A stretch of 64,000 nt of DNA from Flaccisagitta enflata (taxonomy: Eukaryota). The translations under genes were made by a program, and so were the position numbers. Below, piece by piece: positions 1 through 13,567 of the stretch (the first letter of the stretch is position 1; every line of letters begins with the position of its first letter). A model generated the notes under the pieces. The model ran no database searches and was not told where the DNA came from. It saw only the letters and a list, made by a program, of their open reading frames with translations. Location: the NCBI GenBank assembly GCA_965153355.1, contig OZ231126.1, positions 744,001 through 808,000 of the forward strand, in the 5' to 3' direction.

Positions 1-518
1 TCTTGATCTCACCATCTAAGAAGTGTCTTTGGCACCCCCAAACGACAACGTTTTTGGTAAAGAGGTGGTGATGAGAGTGTGATTTGGAGGTGATAGATAC
101 CTATCAGTAGCGCATACGCAACTCTACAACCCGCTTCGTCCGTTGATCTATTGGTTCGTAGGTCCATCGATCGATCTTTACTTTTCTTACTTTTTTTTTA
201 TGCGTTTACATTACTGTTCCTGCCCAAAGGCATGGTGAACCTTTTTTATCACTGCCCCAGCGTAACAACGCGCGACTTGGGTAGCCGTATATCCTCAAAA
301 ATCTTACAACTGGATGAGATCATGAGAACCGTTTCCTTTTGAAACTTCAGCGTGGCGCTCAATGATGCATTTGCAAAGAGAGTTGACTAACCCACTTCGG
401 TAAAACAGAAGAGAGAGATGAGAGGAGTTCGGTGGGAAGACTCGTCGTCGTTGTTGTTGTGGTCACAGCAACAAACAGCACACCCGTTTACCAAGATATT
501 AGTCACTTATGTAAACAA

Positions 519-519
519 G

Positions 520-611
<92 letters not shown>

Positions 612-641
612 ATTGTTGTTGTTGTTGTTGTTGTTGATGTT

Positions 642-711
<70 letters not shown>

Positions 712-862
712 TTATTGACTTGTTTCTGAGGTTGTTGTTGCTTTTATTATCGACATAGATTTAGCCTTAGACCCCTTAGTAAAATTTTTTTAGATGTGTC
801 CTACAAGAGGAACAAACAGCACACCCGTTTACCATTATATTAGTCACTTATGTAAACAAGTC

Positions 863-949
<87 letters not shown>

Positions 950-985
950 ATTGTTGTCGTTGTTAATGTTGTTGTTGTGGTTTGT
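519..985. repeat. (GTT)n microsatellites, representative of many long SSRs
   Basis: Other long SSRs: (GA)n 2866-3110, (CA)n 7740-7945, (CT)n/(TA)n 19920-20400, (AAC)n 32411-32558, (TAAAAC)n 43370-43487, (GT)n 47867-48045, (GA)n 48328-48490, (GAA)n 50935-51060. Confidence 0.97.
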
Positions 986-1183
986 AGTTGTTGGTGTTGT
1001 TTTCTTTTTTTTATTCTAAAAAGAAATGTAAGCTTGGACATGGAACTTTATGAGCGGCTTTGTCTTTCCGTTTTTAGTCGCGTGCACGCGACTCTACAAC
1101 CTGCTCTGTCCGTCCGTCTGTCTGTCTGTCGGTCGGTCGGTCGCTCACACTTTGCTTTTTTTCACCGCCCCTGCCCACCCGCA

Positions 1184-1537
1184 CTACGTGTGCCAGAGTG
1201 CCGAAAACGGGCAAAACTGCCTTTCCCCTGACGATCATCTGATTCCTTTGCAGAAGTCCTTTTGAATGAGCCCTTGCGCGACTTTCAATTTGATCGGGAA
1301 CCATGGTTAGGATGAGGCTAAAGTTTACATTAAATTAACATTGGAATCAATATTTCTATTGTGCAAATTTTGTCGCTACCTTTAGGTTTCTATGGAAACT
1401 TCAGGGTCACCCTAACGATGGTTCCCGATCGATTTGAATGTCGCGCAATGGCTCATTTTACAGCATTTGAGCAAAGGAAACGGGTTTTTGTCAGGGCAAA
1501 GCCAATTTTGGCCAATTGCGGCACTCTGGCATGCGAA
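1184..1537. mobile_element. Palindromic MITE inserted in a family A element
   Basis: CGTGTGCCAGAGTGCCG...CGGCACTCTGGCATGCG arms; host sequence ACCCGCA is duplicated on both sides. Confidence 0.65.
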
Positions 1538-2021
1538 ACCCGCATGCGACAAAGGTAGCCGTGTATCCGGCCTTGTTCCTCTTACGATCCGTCCATTGAT
1601 CAGTTCGGGACATTTTCCCACGCCACTTTTCGATCGGTCTGTTGCTTAGTCTATCGGTCGGTCCGTCACCCGGCCAGATTTTTCAATTCAGTTTTTTTTT
1701 TCAATACCTTTTTTCGAATACTAATCGATTTAATACGCGATTTTAGGCTTTCATGAGTTCTTATTTCGACCTCGGAGCACTAATTAATACAATCTGGCCT
1801 GACTGAAATCACAATCCATGTCAGTACTTTATGATGAAGACGTTTCACACCTATCTATCCCGCATCTATATTCAAAAATAAAATCAAGAATCATTCCTTT
1901 ACGAATGAACAAAAAATTAATTTTGACGGTATTTCAAAGGGTCAAATCCGGGTGAAATGCTTTGTGTCCTGATTCGTCGAGGACTCAATGAGTCGAAGTC
2001 GATCCATCCATCAGTCCGCGA

Positions 2022-2697
2022 TCACAACTTGGTCAGGCAAAACGCGACGAGGAGAGTTGCCATCCAGCCATGCTTCATCTTCCCCGCTCCGTTGGCGTTG
2101 CATTCATTCGTCCCGCAGTAACATATACTGTAGTCGTCGCCCGGCTTTTTGTTCTTACATTTCTAAGGCAACGAAAGTGTTGAACGAGTGAGCCTTAGTG
2201 TTGATGCGGGCTTGCAAATCTTTAACATAGTTTGTCAGTGCGTCCGATAGTGCATTTATCATTTTGTTGGTAGCTCCCATGTCCATGATTGTAATAACGT
2301 CTTTTTCCCGCGCCTGCCCACCCCTCCACGACTGATTTCGTACTCTGAGAAAACGTAACCACACACATTGACACACGGTGACAGAAACGCAACCGGGAAA
2401 AGCTGTACACGAAAACGCCTGTTTCAACTTTCAAATGGAATAACTGCCGACCCTGCACTAATATTTTTGCATAAAACACAGCAAATATTGTACCTCCTGT
2501 GTAGGAACTTCGTTCATCGAACATCCAATACTTTTCCTCTTGTTGCCGTCGTATAAATAGTACACACAAGATCGTTCGTTTTCGTCGCAACCGTCGACTG
2601 CTTCTGTTCCATCGCTGTTTGTTCTTCTGCAGCTCAGTTTTCCGTCACTGAGCGCCAAAGAATAAAAAAAAACAACGAAGAGAAAAAACTTGTTCAT
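2022..2697 (-). CDS. Secreted, probably GPI-anchored three-finger (Ly6/uPAR, quiver/sleepless-like) protein, 2 exons, 114 aa
   Basis: Exon 1 is 2697-2494 (MNKFFLFVVFFYSLALSDG signal peptide ... EVPTQE). A phase-0 GT-AG intron spans 2493-2163. Exon 2 is 2162-2022 (KCKNKKPGDDYSICYCGTNECNANGAGKMKHGWMATLLVAFCLTKL*). The mature domain has 8 Cys with a terminal CxCxxxxCN motif followed by a hydrophobic tail. Confidence 0.8.
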
Positions 2698-2862
2698 TTT
2701 TTTCGCTTGTAGATTTTCAACGTGAGACGAAGGTCGTTTTTACGAGTGATTTGTAAGCCTGCAAGTTTTCCTCGTTTGTTTACAAAATGCGTCTTTCTGA
2801 TGAAATGGTCAACTACTAATTAGAAACAGCGTCCTCCAAGCTCAAAGGAACATAAGTATTAA

Positions 2863-2920
<58 letters not shown>

Positions 2921-2948
2921 ATGAGAACAATTAGAACAACATTGTATG

Positions 2949-2981
<33 letters not shown>

Positions 2982-3017
2982 CATCATCATCATCATCATA
3001 TCGTTCTCATCAACCTT

Positions 3018-3106
<89 letters not shown>

Positions 3107-3169
3107 GAGAGTTACCAGTTCTTTTTAACAACAAATACAACAGCAGCAAGAACAAAAAACAAAAAAAAA

Positions 3170-3215
<46 letters not shown>

Positions 3216-6200
3216 ACAATAACAACAACAACAACAAGTAAGACACGCTCGGCGCGTTCGCGAGATATTTTTGTCAGATGAGATATTCTTTGAATTTTCC
3301 GATTTTCCTTTTAACGTTAATGACCAATATACAGTCAACTCTTCAAATCCGAAAAACTATGCCAAACTTTGGTTTTTGGGAGTACTTCAGGTGCTCTTTC
3401 CATTTCTGACCAGATCTTTCGTCTCAGGGCAACAGTTTGCCGCAAATTGCAGCAACCATGGTAATCATATGCTGTAGATATAGATATTTTCAAAAATATT
3501 TAATGGATATGATATGAAACTTGGTATTTGCTGTATTTAGTGTCTCTTTTTGCTAATTTTAAAGTGATAGGTGATTGCAGCAAATTTAAAAGCTGCAGCA
3601 AGTTGCTTCTGTACCATTTTTAACAGAAAATCTATGAATTCTTTAATGGAATGGGAAGAGAAAGGGGAATTCAATATTTTTCTATCTATTATAGCCCTTA
3701 CTATACACTATAACATATGAAAAGCAATTTCAGGCACTTATTATGCTGTAACAAGTTGCTGCAGCAAATATGTTTTGTGGAATCCTGTTTCTTCTAGACA
3801 AATTGCAGACTGATTTCCCTTAAATGAATCAAATAACTATAGTAACTGCTGCTGCATGATAAGCAGCACAAACACATCTACAATTACACCTGCAACAGTT
3901 TTCTATACAGATGCAGCAACAATTTTCACTAGGTGACATTGGACCGTATTGATCTTTAATGATGATTATGAGAACATCTGTCTCAAGTAGCTGTCTTTGA
4001 GTAATCATAAACATTTATCAAGCTCCCCTGTTTTACACATGAAAATAATTAAACAATTTATGTATATTAATATGCAACGCAGTAAAATTACTTGATTTAA
4101 GTGTATGATCTGGATAGATAGTGGTTCTTTAAAAAATATTAAGAGTTCTCAGCATTAGGAATAGTTGCTAAAGCGTTGGATGGTCAGCGGTACCCGTGCC
4201 TTGCTTAAGTAGGTTATGACTGAAATTGAGGGAGCAGGGCAGCGGTCTCAAAGGGGTCAATGACCTATGCTTTCACACATATGGGGATTTTCTTCTCCTA
4301 CTCTTCTTCCTCCTCCTTCTCCGGCCCTCCTAACCTCCAGGCTCATATCTCAGCCTCAAGGCCCAACCTTAAGGCTCAGCCTTAAAGCCCAAATCCCAGT
4401 CTTGAGGCCTAAATCCCTCAAGGCTGGATATGGGCCTTGAAGGTGGGATTTTAGCCTTAAGATAAGATTTGGGCTCCAAGGTTGGGATTCGGGCCTCAAT
4501 ACAGGGATTTGTACCTCAAGGCTGGGATATGGACAGGCCTTTTTTAGAGTGTGCCCGGGAGCCTGATGCTCTCTATTTTGCTCCCGGGCACACAAAATTT
4601 CCTGGCAGAGAGCCCGGTTTGCTCTCTCAATTTTAGCTGGATATTTTCTTCTCTAGCCCATCTGCCTTAGACGACCTCATGATGGTGTACAACTTTCCAA
4701 AATGGGTTGTCATACAGCAGAGATTTTTATAGTAGTAAGCATTTTGTTAGCCATGTGTAAGTTTTTATAGCATGACTAATGAATTTGGCATTTCATGATA
4801 GGAACGCTGAAAACGTTAATACTATGGTTGAAATCACCCTTTCTGCATGACATTGTTGATACTGAAAGAAACTTTCTTTCATTGTGTAGTTGTATTCTTG
4901 CGGATGATTTTTTTGCTGCCTAAAAAGATAAAAAAATATGGTGATCAGGTATACAGGCTCATTTTCATAGCAGCATTCTTAGTCGCGGACACAAGACTAC
5001 ACCTTGATATGTTGGTCGGTCCATCCATCTGTCCAAAACATTTTTAAAATAGTCTTCTTTTTTTCAACGTTTTAGGTCATTACAAGGTATGTAGGCCTGA
5101 AACATTATTGTGATTTAGTTTTGTTGCACTGTAGTATTGCCCCTGCCCAACCCTCCGCGACTTATGCCCTGTTTTAGGCTTATTTTACCGGGCTCTTTGT
5201 TTTTTTGCCGGGCTCCTTGAAAATATGAGGAGAGAGCCTGGAATGCTCTGCCAAAAAAATCACTAAAAAAAGGCCTGGATATGGGCCTTGAGGCTGAGAT
5301 ATAGGCCTGGAGGTTGGGGGGATGGTTAAAATCCCTCATACATATGAAAGCACAGTTCATTGCCCCTTTTGGGGCCGCTGCCCAAAAAGTATGTAAAGAA
5401 GACAATGAGGTAAAATTGTATATTTAAAGAACTGTTTGTCTTAAACAAGGCCAACACCTATAAGTCGCGTGCGAGACTTACAGATTGACTTAGAATGACT
5501 CAGTATACTCTTAAATGACTTTGAATGAATAAAAAAAATCAAATTGATAAAAGAAGTGTGATAGACCAACTGACCAACCAACTGACTGACGGAGGGACGG
5601 ACAGAGCGGGGTGTAGTGTACTTGCCCAAAAAGGGGACAGACCGACCAACTGACCAGCCAACCAATTGACCGACGGACCGTCAAAGTGGTGTGAAGAGTC
5701 GCGTAGCACGCGACTAAAAAATTTCGCAATCAGTAATGATATCAATAGAAATAGAATTTAACCAATTTCTTTGTTCTTGGTTCTCTACCCTTGGTTAGAG
5801 ATGGGAAATCCACCCAACAGTCGCCCTGCCCTGCCCTGACTAGCACCTTTCGCTTAGTCACGGAATTAGGAGAAAAGGGGCTCACGTTCGCAAGCCGATC
5901 AAAATATCTTCGTTATTTTTGGAATCTTCGGACTATTTGTCTGCATAACCATGAAGAGTTAATCTTTTAAAATTATGAAAAAAATGAAATGGACAAAATT
6001 TGAGTAATTAACATCTAAACGCGCAATCATATCCCATCAAAATCATGATCAATTTTCTTAATATATTCTATGAAAAGCGGAAAGAGTGACAGGTTATGTT
6101 CTTTTGGTAAATCAAATACGCTTCTAAATAATACAAGAGACTTTTCTGTGTTTTGTTACTCAACTGCAATATGTAAATTAGCTTTTGGCAAATATGCATG

Positions 6201-6507
6201 CAATCTTAAGATTTCCGTATGCGCGAAGAAACATTTTTCATTGTTAAAAGAATAAGACACGGACACACGGCTGCCCGAGTCGCGTGGGGGTTGGCAGGGG
6301 CATTGAGAAAAAGGGCTAACCATGCAGCAATGCTAGAACTGCGCGTAAACGCCATCCGACCGACCGACTAACCAACTGACGGACATTGCGGTGTGTAGAG
6401 AAGCGTAGCAGGCGACGAGAAATATTGGTTTCGAAAAATTTGGTCATTAGCCAACCAACCAATTGAAAGAAAAGTTGGAAATGTAAACGTTCTTATAAAA
6501 AAAAGTA

Positions 6508-7106
6508 CAGGGTGATCATTGTCAAATGCAAAAAAGTATTAAGCTTTTACTCCTTGATGCTTCTTCTTCATGACCTGGAACCATTTTTCTCTTATAGTAC
6601 TATGCTTGACGTTTTTTGTGTCAAAGTTTCATGGGTCTGAGTTGGATAGTTTGTTCATAACACCAGTTTGAAGTAAAATAGGTATTTACAGCTCGAGCTT
6701 GATTACTGATTTTTTTCATCAGGGCGGTTTCTTATTAAATTGTTCTGATGTTAAAATGACTTAAGCCGCAGATGCTACATTGGTCTTAAATGAAAGAGAG
6801 TCAAATTATTTTCCATTTGAGACCAATCTGGCATTTATAGCTCAAGTTGTCTTTAAATGAGAGAAAATCAAAGGAAAACTTTCTTGTTTAAAGAAGATTT
6901 TGCGCTGAAAATGAGTGTCTCCTAGAAATGCCTCTTTTACTTCAATTTAATGTTGTGGACAAAGTATCCAACTTAGACCCATGAAATTTTGACACAAAAA
7001 ACGTCAAACATAGTACTTAAAGATGAAAGGGGATTCCAGATTATGAAAATGAAGCATCTAGAAGCAAAAGCTTAATACATTTTTGCATTTGACAATGTTC
7101 ACACTG
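6508..7106. mobile_element. Long-TIR MITE with TA target site
   Basis: Arms of about 150 bp or more, CAGGGTGATCATTGTCAAATGCAAAAA... / ...TTTTTGCATTTGACAATGTTCACACTG, flanked by TA. Confidence 0.8.
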
Positions 7107-7795
7107 TATACACTTTTTTTTTAAAAGAACGTCATTTTTTGGGCAAGCCTTCATTGACAATGTTCTTAAATTCTGAGCAGTTTTACAGCTTGAACGTTTT
7201 TAAATTGTTTTCAACTAAAACGCACTTTTTTAACCTCCAATAAAGAACCTTTTTAGTTAATTTAACTTTAAGTTTGTCATTAATGAGAAAATGAAGGAAA
7301 ATGTTAATGAAACAACAAAGCAGCAGGTTTAAACATTTTAAGTAAATAAAGATCAATGAAAATAGAAGAAGAGAAATGATTTGCTGAACAGAAAAGATAC
7401 ATAGTCTGTCTATTTGCAAAGGACAATTGATTAAAAAAAAACAGAAAAAAATATTCTTTGATTTTTAAGATCTCAAGCCTTATGTTCTTAAATTCTTAAA
7501 AAAATTTGGCCCTCCAATGTTCTTATCATGTTCTTAAATTTTTGAAGATTTGAAGCCTACAGTTCTTATTAAATTGATTCTCTTCAAAAAAAAAGTATAA
7601 CGCTGAATTGTGTTTTAATCCTTCAATTTATTCATTTGACCTTATCACGCTTTGTCCATTAATTCTTTTCACGTGCCCCAAATCCTAGCCTTTGCCAGTC
7701 GGACATGCAACGGAAGGCCCGAGGGACCTACCCACTTACACACACACACAGACACACACACACAGGCACAGACACAGACAGACACAGACACAGAC

Positions 7796-7922
<127 letters not shown>

Positions 7923-8132
7923 CACACACTCACACACACACACAATGCGTGACTTGTAACCTACATTCATCGAATGATCAAAATGTAAACAAGAGCCAAT
8001 ACTTAAGTTGTTTACATCACGTCATTAAGCTAAACGCGGAGAAGTTTGTTGCCTCAAAACGAGAAAAAAAAAGAGCTTGAACATCCGACGATGAAGTTTT
8101 TCGCGTTTCTCATAATGGGATTCTGTTTTTAG

Positions 8133-8737
8133 ACCTGGGGGTAAGTCGACCCAATTTGTTTTATTTCCGTTTCAGACAAGAAGCAATTGACTATCTAGGA
8201 AAAAAGTTTAGCAGCACTTTAAGTTGATGATATGTTTTCCGCTTCATAGGCTAAAAACGCATGTCCTTGATTGTTTTTGATTATTTCTGCATTCATACTA
8301 ACTAGAACAAGAGAGATAAACAATTTTCAATTCAATTTAGGGACCGTGAGTTCAGTTTGTTTATCGCAACTACAGAAGGAAGTTGTGGTTGAATTAGTAA
8401 ATTCTGGTTATTTTCGCTGTAAAATTTAGCTTCGTTTCTTTACAAATCAAATAAAAAATTTACAAGATTATAAAACTAATGCTAACCAGTGGTGCAATCC
8501 GCATGTCTCTATCATTTTTTGATAAAATTTCAGAATATTTCAAAAATGGATGGGTAAGAGAAAAGAAGAAATCACTATTTTTAAAAGTACATGATCAACT
8601 TCAAACTGATGGCATTTCTAAATGTTTTGATGCACAGAGACGAGATTGCGTTCAGATTCTAGATTATTTAAAGTAAATCAAAATGCTCATAGATTTTTTT
8701 TAGTTATCTTGATGAAAAAAAAAATCTCTCTTTAAAG
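8133..8737 (+). CDS. Orphan micro-exon gene, partial model (9 exons, 8 introns of 30-47 nt); may continue to about 9844
   Basis: Exons 8133-8140, 8176-8205, 8250-8258, 8306-8345, 8376-8396, 8430-8500, 8534-8553, 8588-8672 and 8704-8737 splice into one open frame: TWGQEAIDYLGKKLKTTREINNFQFNLGTKEVVVELLRFFTNQIKNLQDYKTNANQWCNPIFQKWMVHDQLQTDGISKCFDAQRRDCVQILDYLKNYLDEKKNLSLK. Donors: GTAAGT, GTTTAG, GCATGT, GTGAGT, GTAAAA, GCATGT, GTAAGA, GTAAAT. All acceptors end in AG. Confidence 0.5.
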
Positions 8738-10125
8738 GTGCTGCTAAAATTATTTCCTAGATAGTACCTAGTACCTTCCTACCTCTATGATGTTCAAAAT
8801 ACATTGCATTTCACGTACTAAGTATTGTTGTAGGGCAAAGCATTTTGTGCACTGACTGTCAGCCAATTTTCCGCAGAATGACGGATGTGAGAGCGATTGA
8901 CCAGCCATCCAGCGGTAATCAGGAAATGAACGTGGACGAACACAGTTTTGCAAGTTGGTATATTTTATGTATTTGATCTTCTATGCCATTTCCTCAAGAT
9001 AACGATACTGTCGTCTTAATTTTCACGGCACTTGTAACCATATTGTAAACAAAAATTGGATCATTATTCTCATGCTGACATGACAGACCGACTGCGCATA
9101 GCTAGGGAACGTGAGCATGTTTGACCGTAGAGAAAATGAAGTAGCAGGCAATGTAGTGCCAATGTAGCTAAGTCAGAGTTAAATTAACAAGGCCGGATAC
9201 ACGGCGCGGCAACCCCAGACGCATGCGGTTGGGCAGAAGCCGTGCAGGAGAAAGTCACAAGGCCATCCAGGCAGGAGCCATATGCTCAAAAAGCTCAAAA
9301 ACTAAAAAGGGGACAGACAGACCAACTGACCAACCGGTAGAGCAGTTATCTTTCTAGTAATAATAACAAATCTAATTTCTAAATTGATTCTTGGTTTACT
9401 TCCCTACAATAAGAATAAATTTTTTTCTCAATGTTTGATTTTTAAGTGTATAATTTCTTTGTAATCATACATAAAGATTGTTTTGATGAAACAATGAAAG
9501 AAAAGAATCTCGGCGGTTTACAAATTCCGTTATGCTATTTTCTTGCAGAGCGTCAGCAGAGAGCGGATACTGGAATCTTATCCAAAGTCAAAGAGAAGCG
9601 GAAGACAGCTTTGCGATTCCTTTCAAATTCCAATGCAAAAAGATCGCAATATCCATGGGATATTTGGGAGGCACATTGCAGGGATATACTTGATTACAGA
9701 TACTTTGTGTGCTCAAGAAAAGAAATACTCGACCTTAATGACCCCAGTGGCCTCTGTTGCTGCACTTCTTACGAGTTACACCCTCCCTTGAGCGGAACGG
9801 CTTCTTTGCGCTGGTGTTTAGATTTTACTGTTACTAGAGTCTAGCTAATCAATTCAAGGACTGAACTTCCGCCGGATGAAGACCCCAACTTGGTCTAGAC
9901 GTTGCATTATACATAAAATGAACATTGGACAATTGTTTTTGAAACATGATACCCATGTTTTGTTTTTTCTTAGTTAATAAACCAAAAGAAAAACGAGTGG
10001 TCTTTTTGCATCCTTCTATGTCGCGGTGCAGAATACCACCTAATTTGACAAATCATTCTGTTCTATTTTGGAATAAACTGCTATGCAGGGAAAATACAAC
10101 CAAAACTAAGGTCCTATGCACGTAT

Positions 10126-10646
10126 CATTTGGGTGCTTCGCATAGCAAAAGTTGGTTATTTCTTTTCGCCCTCTTTACCTAATATGGAGTGACCAATTTT
10201 AAAACCCTTACCATTTTTGTTTTATCAAAAATTGTTCATCTTCCGTTTTTTAAAAAATTGCTTTTAAGGACCTAATTTGCATAATGCAGTGGGATAAAAC
10301 AATATGCTGACATTGTTTGAATCAGCTTTCATAATTTTCTACTCTTCATAGAATTGCAATTCGGCCTTTTCATTTGCTCTTTCATAACTTATGTTCTGAT
10401 ATCTTAGTTTGTTTTTACATACATCATGATTTTTTAAAAGAAATGATTATCCTTTTTGTAACAAAACTACACAGGATTTTGCTGAATTCTGGGAAATCAG
10501 TGGAAACTTTAAGGCCAAAACAAAAACGGAAGATGAAGGAATTTTGAATAAAGGAAACTGGTCATCCTCATGATTTTTGCTCCTCCTTATTACCTAAGCA
10601 GGGTGAAGGGATACTCCCAACTTTTGCTATGTGAAGCACCCAAATG
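10126..10646. mobile_element. MITE with about 30-bp TIR
   Basis: CATTTGGGTGCTTCGCATAGCAAAAGTTGG...CCAACTTTTGCTATGTGAAGCACCCAAATG, flanked by TAT on both sides. Confidence 0.75.
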
Positions 10647-11723
10647 TATCATACTCCCTAAATTAGGTAACAAAAGGTTAGCTGATCTATGGTATTGATC
10701 TCGCATCGGTAAAGTCCTGGAATACTCAGTGAAACAACAGAACAACAGATTCCTTTAAACAACAGAACAACAGATTCCTTTAAAATCAATTGTACGAAAA
10801 ACATTAGATGTTGCCACGTAAAACACCAAATCTCTCTCTGAATGCCACGTCTTTCAAAATTTTGCATTCAGAGACAGATTCGATTTTTTTACATGAGACT
10901 TGTCAATGCACAAGAATCAATTTTTGTTAAAAATCCATCAATTTTGCATTCTCTCTTGTCACTTCTAGGTAAATTGTAAAGAAAAAAATATTTTTCTATG
11001 CAAAAAATTGATGATTATCCGTCACTTATCTCAATGAAAAATCTATGTTTAGATGAGAAAAAATATATTGTTATAAACCATCTTGACTGGTCAAATTGCG
11101 TACATTTGTTTGCACTGTGACCCATACTTAACGAGGAGGAGTTATTTCTCTCGTGACAATCAAGAATTGATTACAACATTACAAGTGACCATATGCGAGA
11201 AAAAAAAAAGGAAAAAAAAAAAGAAATTTGCATTATCATAATAGGGAAGTATGACGAAAAAATTTTTTCTCTCCAAAACCCCAATCATTGGTATCAATCG
11301 ATGCAGAATATCAAGGGCTTTCGATTGATACCCCATAATGCATATCTAAACTATTTTTCGAACATATTTTGCGCTATATTGCCTTCGGCGCCGTTCTCAC
11401 GAGTCTGTCACTTGTTTGGACATAACTTTCTAACCAAATGAAATCCGTCTGGCGATGAAAATTCGACTTGGAACATGCAGGGTATCCGTCCAGAATGAAC
11501 TTGTCACATCATCAACCTTATGCTTTACCACAAAGACTCATTTGAGCTGTTTATCACCACAATAATAAAAGAGATGACGATCCGATAATCATTCTCAAAA
11601 CTGCAAAGCAATTGTGATTTTTAAAACAATGTGGCAATATGGCAACGTCAAGGGGTGTGGGAACGGGCAAGCGGTGGGGTGTTGTCTTATCAGCAGCTCT
11701 CTTTCTCATTGTCTGTCTGTCAA

Positions 11724-11778
<55 letters not shown>

Positions 11779-12658
11779 TTGCGGATGGGTGGGCAGGGGC
11801 ATCCAACCCCCATCCACACCCCATGCCCCCCCTCACCAACACACATAACAAAACAAGGCCAACACCCATAAGTCGCGTGTGAGACTTACAGATTGACTTA
11901 GAATGAGTTAGCATACTCTTAAATGACATTAAATAACTTAAAGAAATAAAATTGATAAAAAAGTATAAGTGCGACGGACCAACAGACCGACCAACCGGCC
12001 GACTAAAAAACACCTAAAATGCTCGTTTTTCCACTTTTCGACTCTTGCGTTACAGACAGATAGACGGACTGACGGACTGATGGACAGACAAAGCCTGTTA
12101 TAGAGTTGCGTGTCTGCAACTACAACAGTCATTATAGAGTCCAAGAAAAAAATAAAACTGAACAAAAGATGTAAGACAATTGTCTATTCAAACAATTTTG
12201 TAAAAAAAAATTGCGCCATTGCATTGAATGTAAAAGAAAAGCACAAACTATAAATAAATTTTTAAGATCATCCAGTGAGTAAAATTCATGGAATCTCCAT
12301 TTGACAAAAGACAATAAGACTAGGACAAAAAGACCAAGAGACAAAAAGTAAACTTACTTAAAATAACTTAAAATGTCTAGAAATGACGTCAAACAGCGGA
12401 AAAAGTTAGGCATTACGGACCGATGGACCGACGGACAGAGTGGGTCATAGTCGCGTGCACACGACTAAAAAGGCTAACCAAGCATTTTGGCAGGAGCAGT
12501 AATGCGAAAAACGCCTATAAACACCAAAAAAGCAGCGTTACCGACCACCCGACGGATGGACCAACCAACTGACCAACATAGCGGGTTATAGGGTCGCGTG
12601 CACGCGACTAAAAATCTAAAATCGGAGACAGTGAAAATTTACCAGCGCAAACAACGTA

Positions 12659-12835
12659 CAGTTGAACCCCGCTCGAACGGACCCGCCACCAACAGAATTC
12701 CGCCTATAACAGATGTAAATTCATGATCCCTTCAAGCTTATTTCTTTTACTTTCTTTGTTAGTAATAATAGAATTCCGCTTATACCAGAAGAAAATTATT
12801 GGTCCCCTGAAATCCGTTAGAGCGGGGTTCAACTG
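12659..12835. mobile_element. Tc1/mariner-pogo-type MITE
   Basis: TIR CAGTTGAACCCCGCTC...GAGCGGGGTTCAACTG flanked by TA. Confidence 0.85.
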
Positions 12836-12910
12836 TACTGTTAATTTGCGTTTTAGGCGCAAGTTCCATGATGCTGTTTTGGTTAGCAACTTAGCACTTT
12901 TAAAGAGATG

Positions 12911-13235
12911 CAGGGGTGTATATAGTTGAGCGGCTTTTGATTTTATTTCCCCCCCCCCTGCCTTTGATTTTCTTCCCCGCGACATGTCACATCGCATTAC
13001 AAAATCTTTGTTTTTCTTCCCCTAAAAGCTATAAAATAGTATATTTTAGGGTTAAATAGTGTTAAATTAAGTTGTAGTAATTGTATTTTACCTTTTGGTA
13101 CTACCAAAAGTGTTAGATCTTCAAAAATTTTCTTTTTCTTTTTTTCAAACTTTTGATTTTCTTCCCCATCTCCAAACCTTTTGATTTTATTCCCCCACCG
13201 GGGGGGGGGGGAATACTCAACTTTATACACCCCTG
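12911..13235. mobile_element. hAT-type MITE
   Basis: TIR CAGGGGTGTATA...TATACACCCCTG with a perfect 8-bp TSD AAGAGATG. Confidence 0.88.
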
Positions 13236-13567
13236 AAGAGATGCTTTGTCTTTTTATTGTGACCGCGTTGCCTTATAGAAATCGAAAAAAAAAGTGAAAC
13301 CAGATTTAGAATCAGCATGGTTGAATCTCTATGTTCTTTTATGTACAGCGGCGTACAGGCCTAATTACAAGCGTAAAACTAAAAGCATCTTATTTCACAG
13401 CAAGTCTTATTTCTGTAAACCTCAGTTATTTTCACTCACTAAAAAATGACTTTCTGACTCAAGGGGCCCTTTCTATGAAATACCAGACAGGCAAAATAAT
13501 TCATTTATCATTCTTTAATCATATTTTCATATTCACTTAGCTGGTTTAAAAAAAACAGTTATTTTTT

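Noticed and set aside
418-1231. Poly-L/V/C/Q ORFs, and similar ER/SL/HT/K-rich ORFs throughout the window
   Set aside because: They are translations of microsatellites.
8091-8132. Signal-peptide-like start MKFFAFLIMGFCF followed by TAG, suggesting stop-codon reassignment
   Set aside because: The conserved exons have no in-frame stops and the genes end in normal TAA/TGA; this TAG is more simply an acceptor or a mutation.
9549-9844. C-type lectin call from WDIWEAHC...YFVC
   Set aside because: All three frames are open for a stretch and the motif is too weak; kept only as a possible downstream exon.
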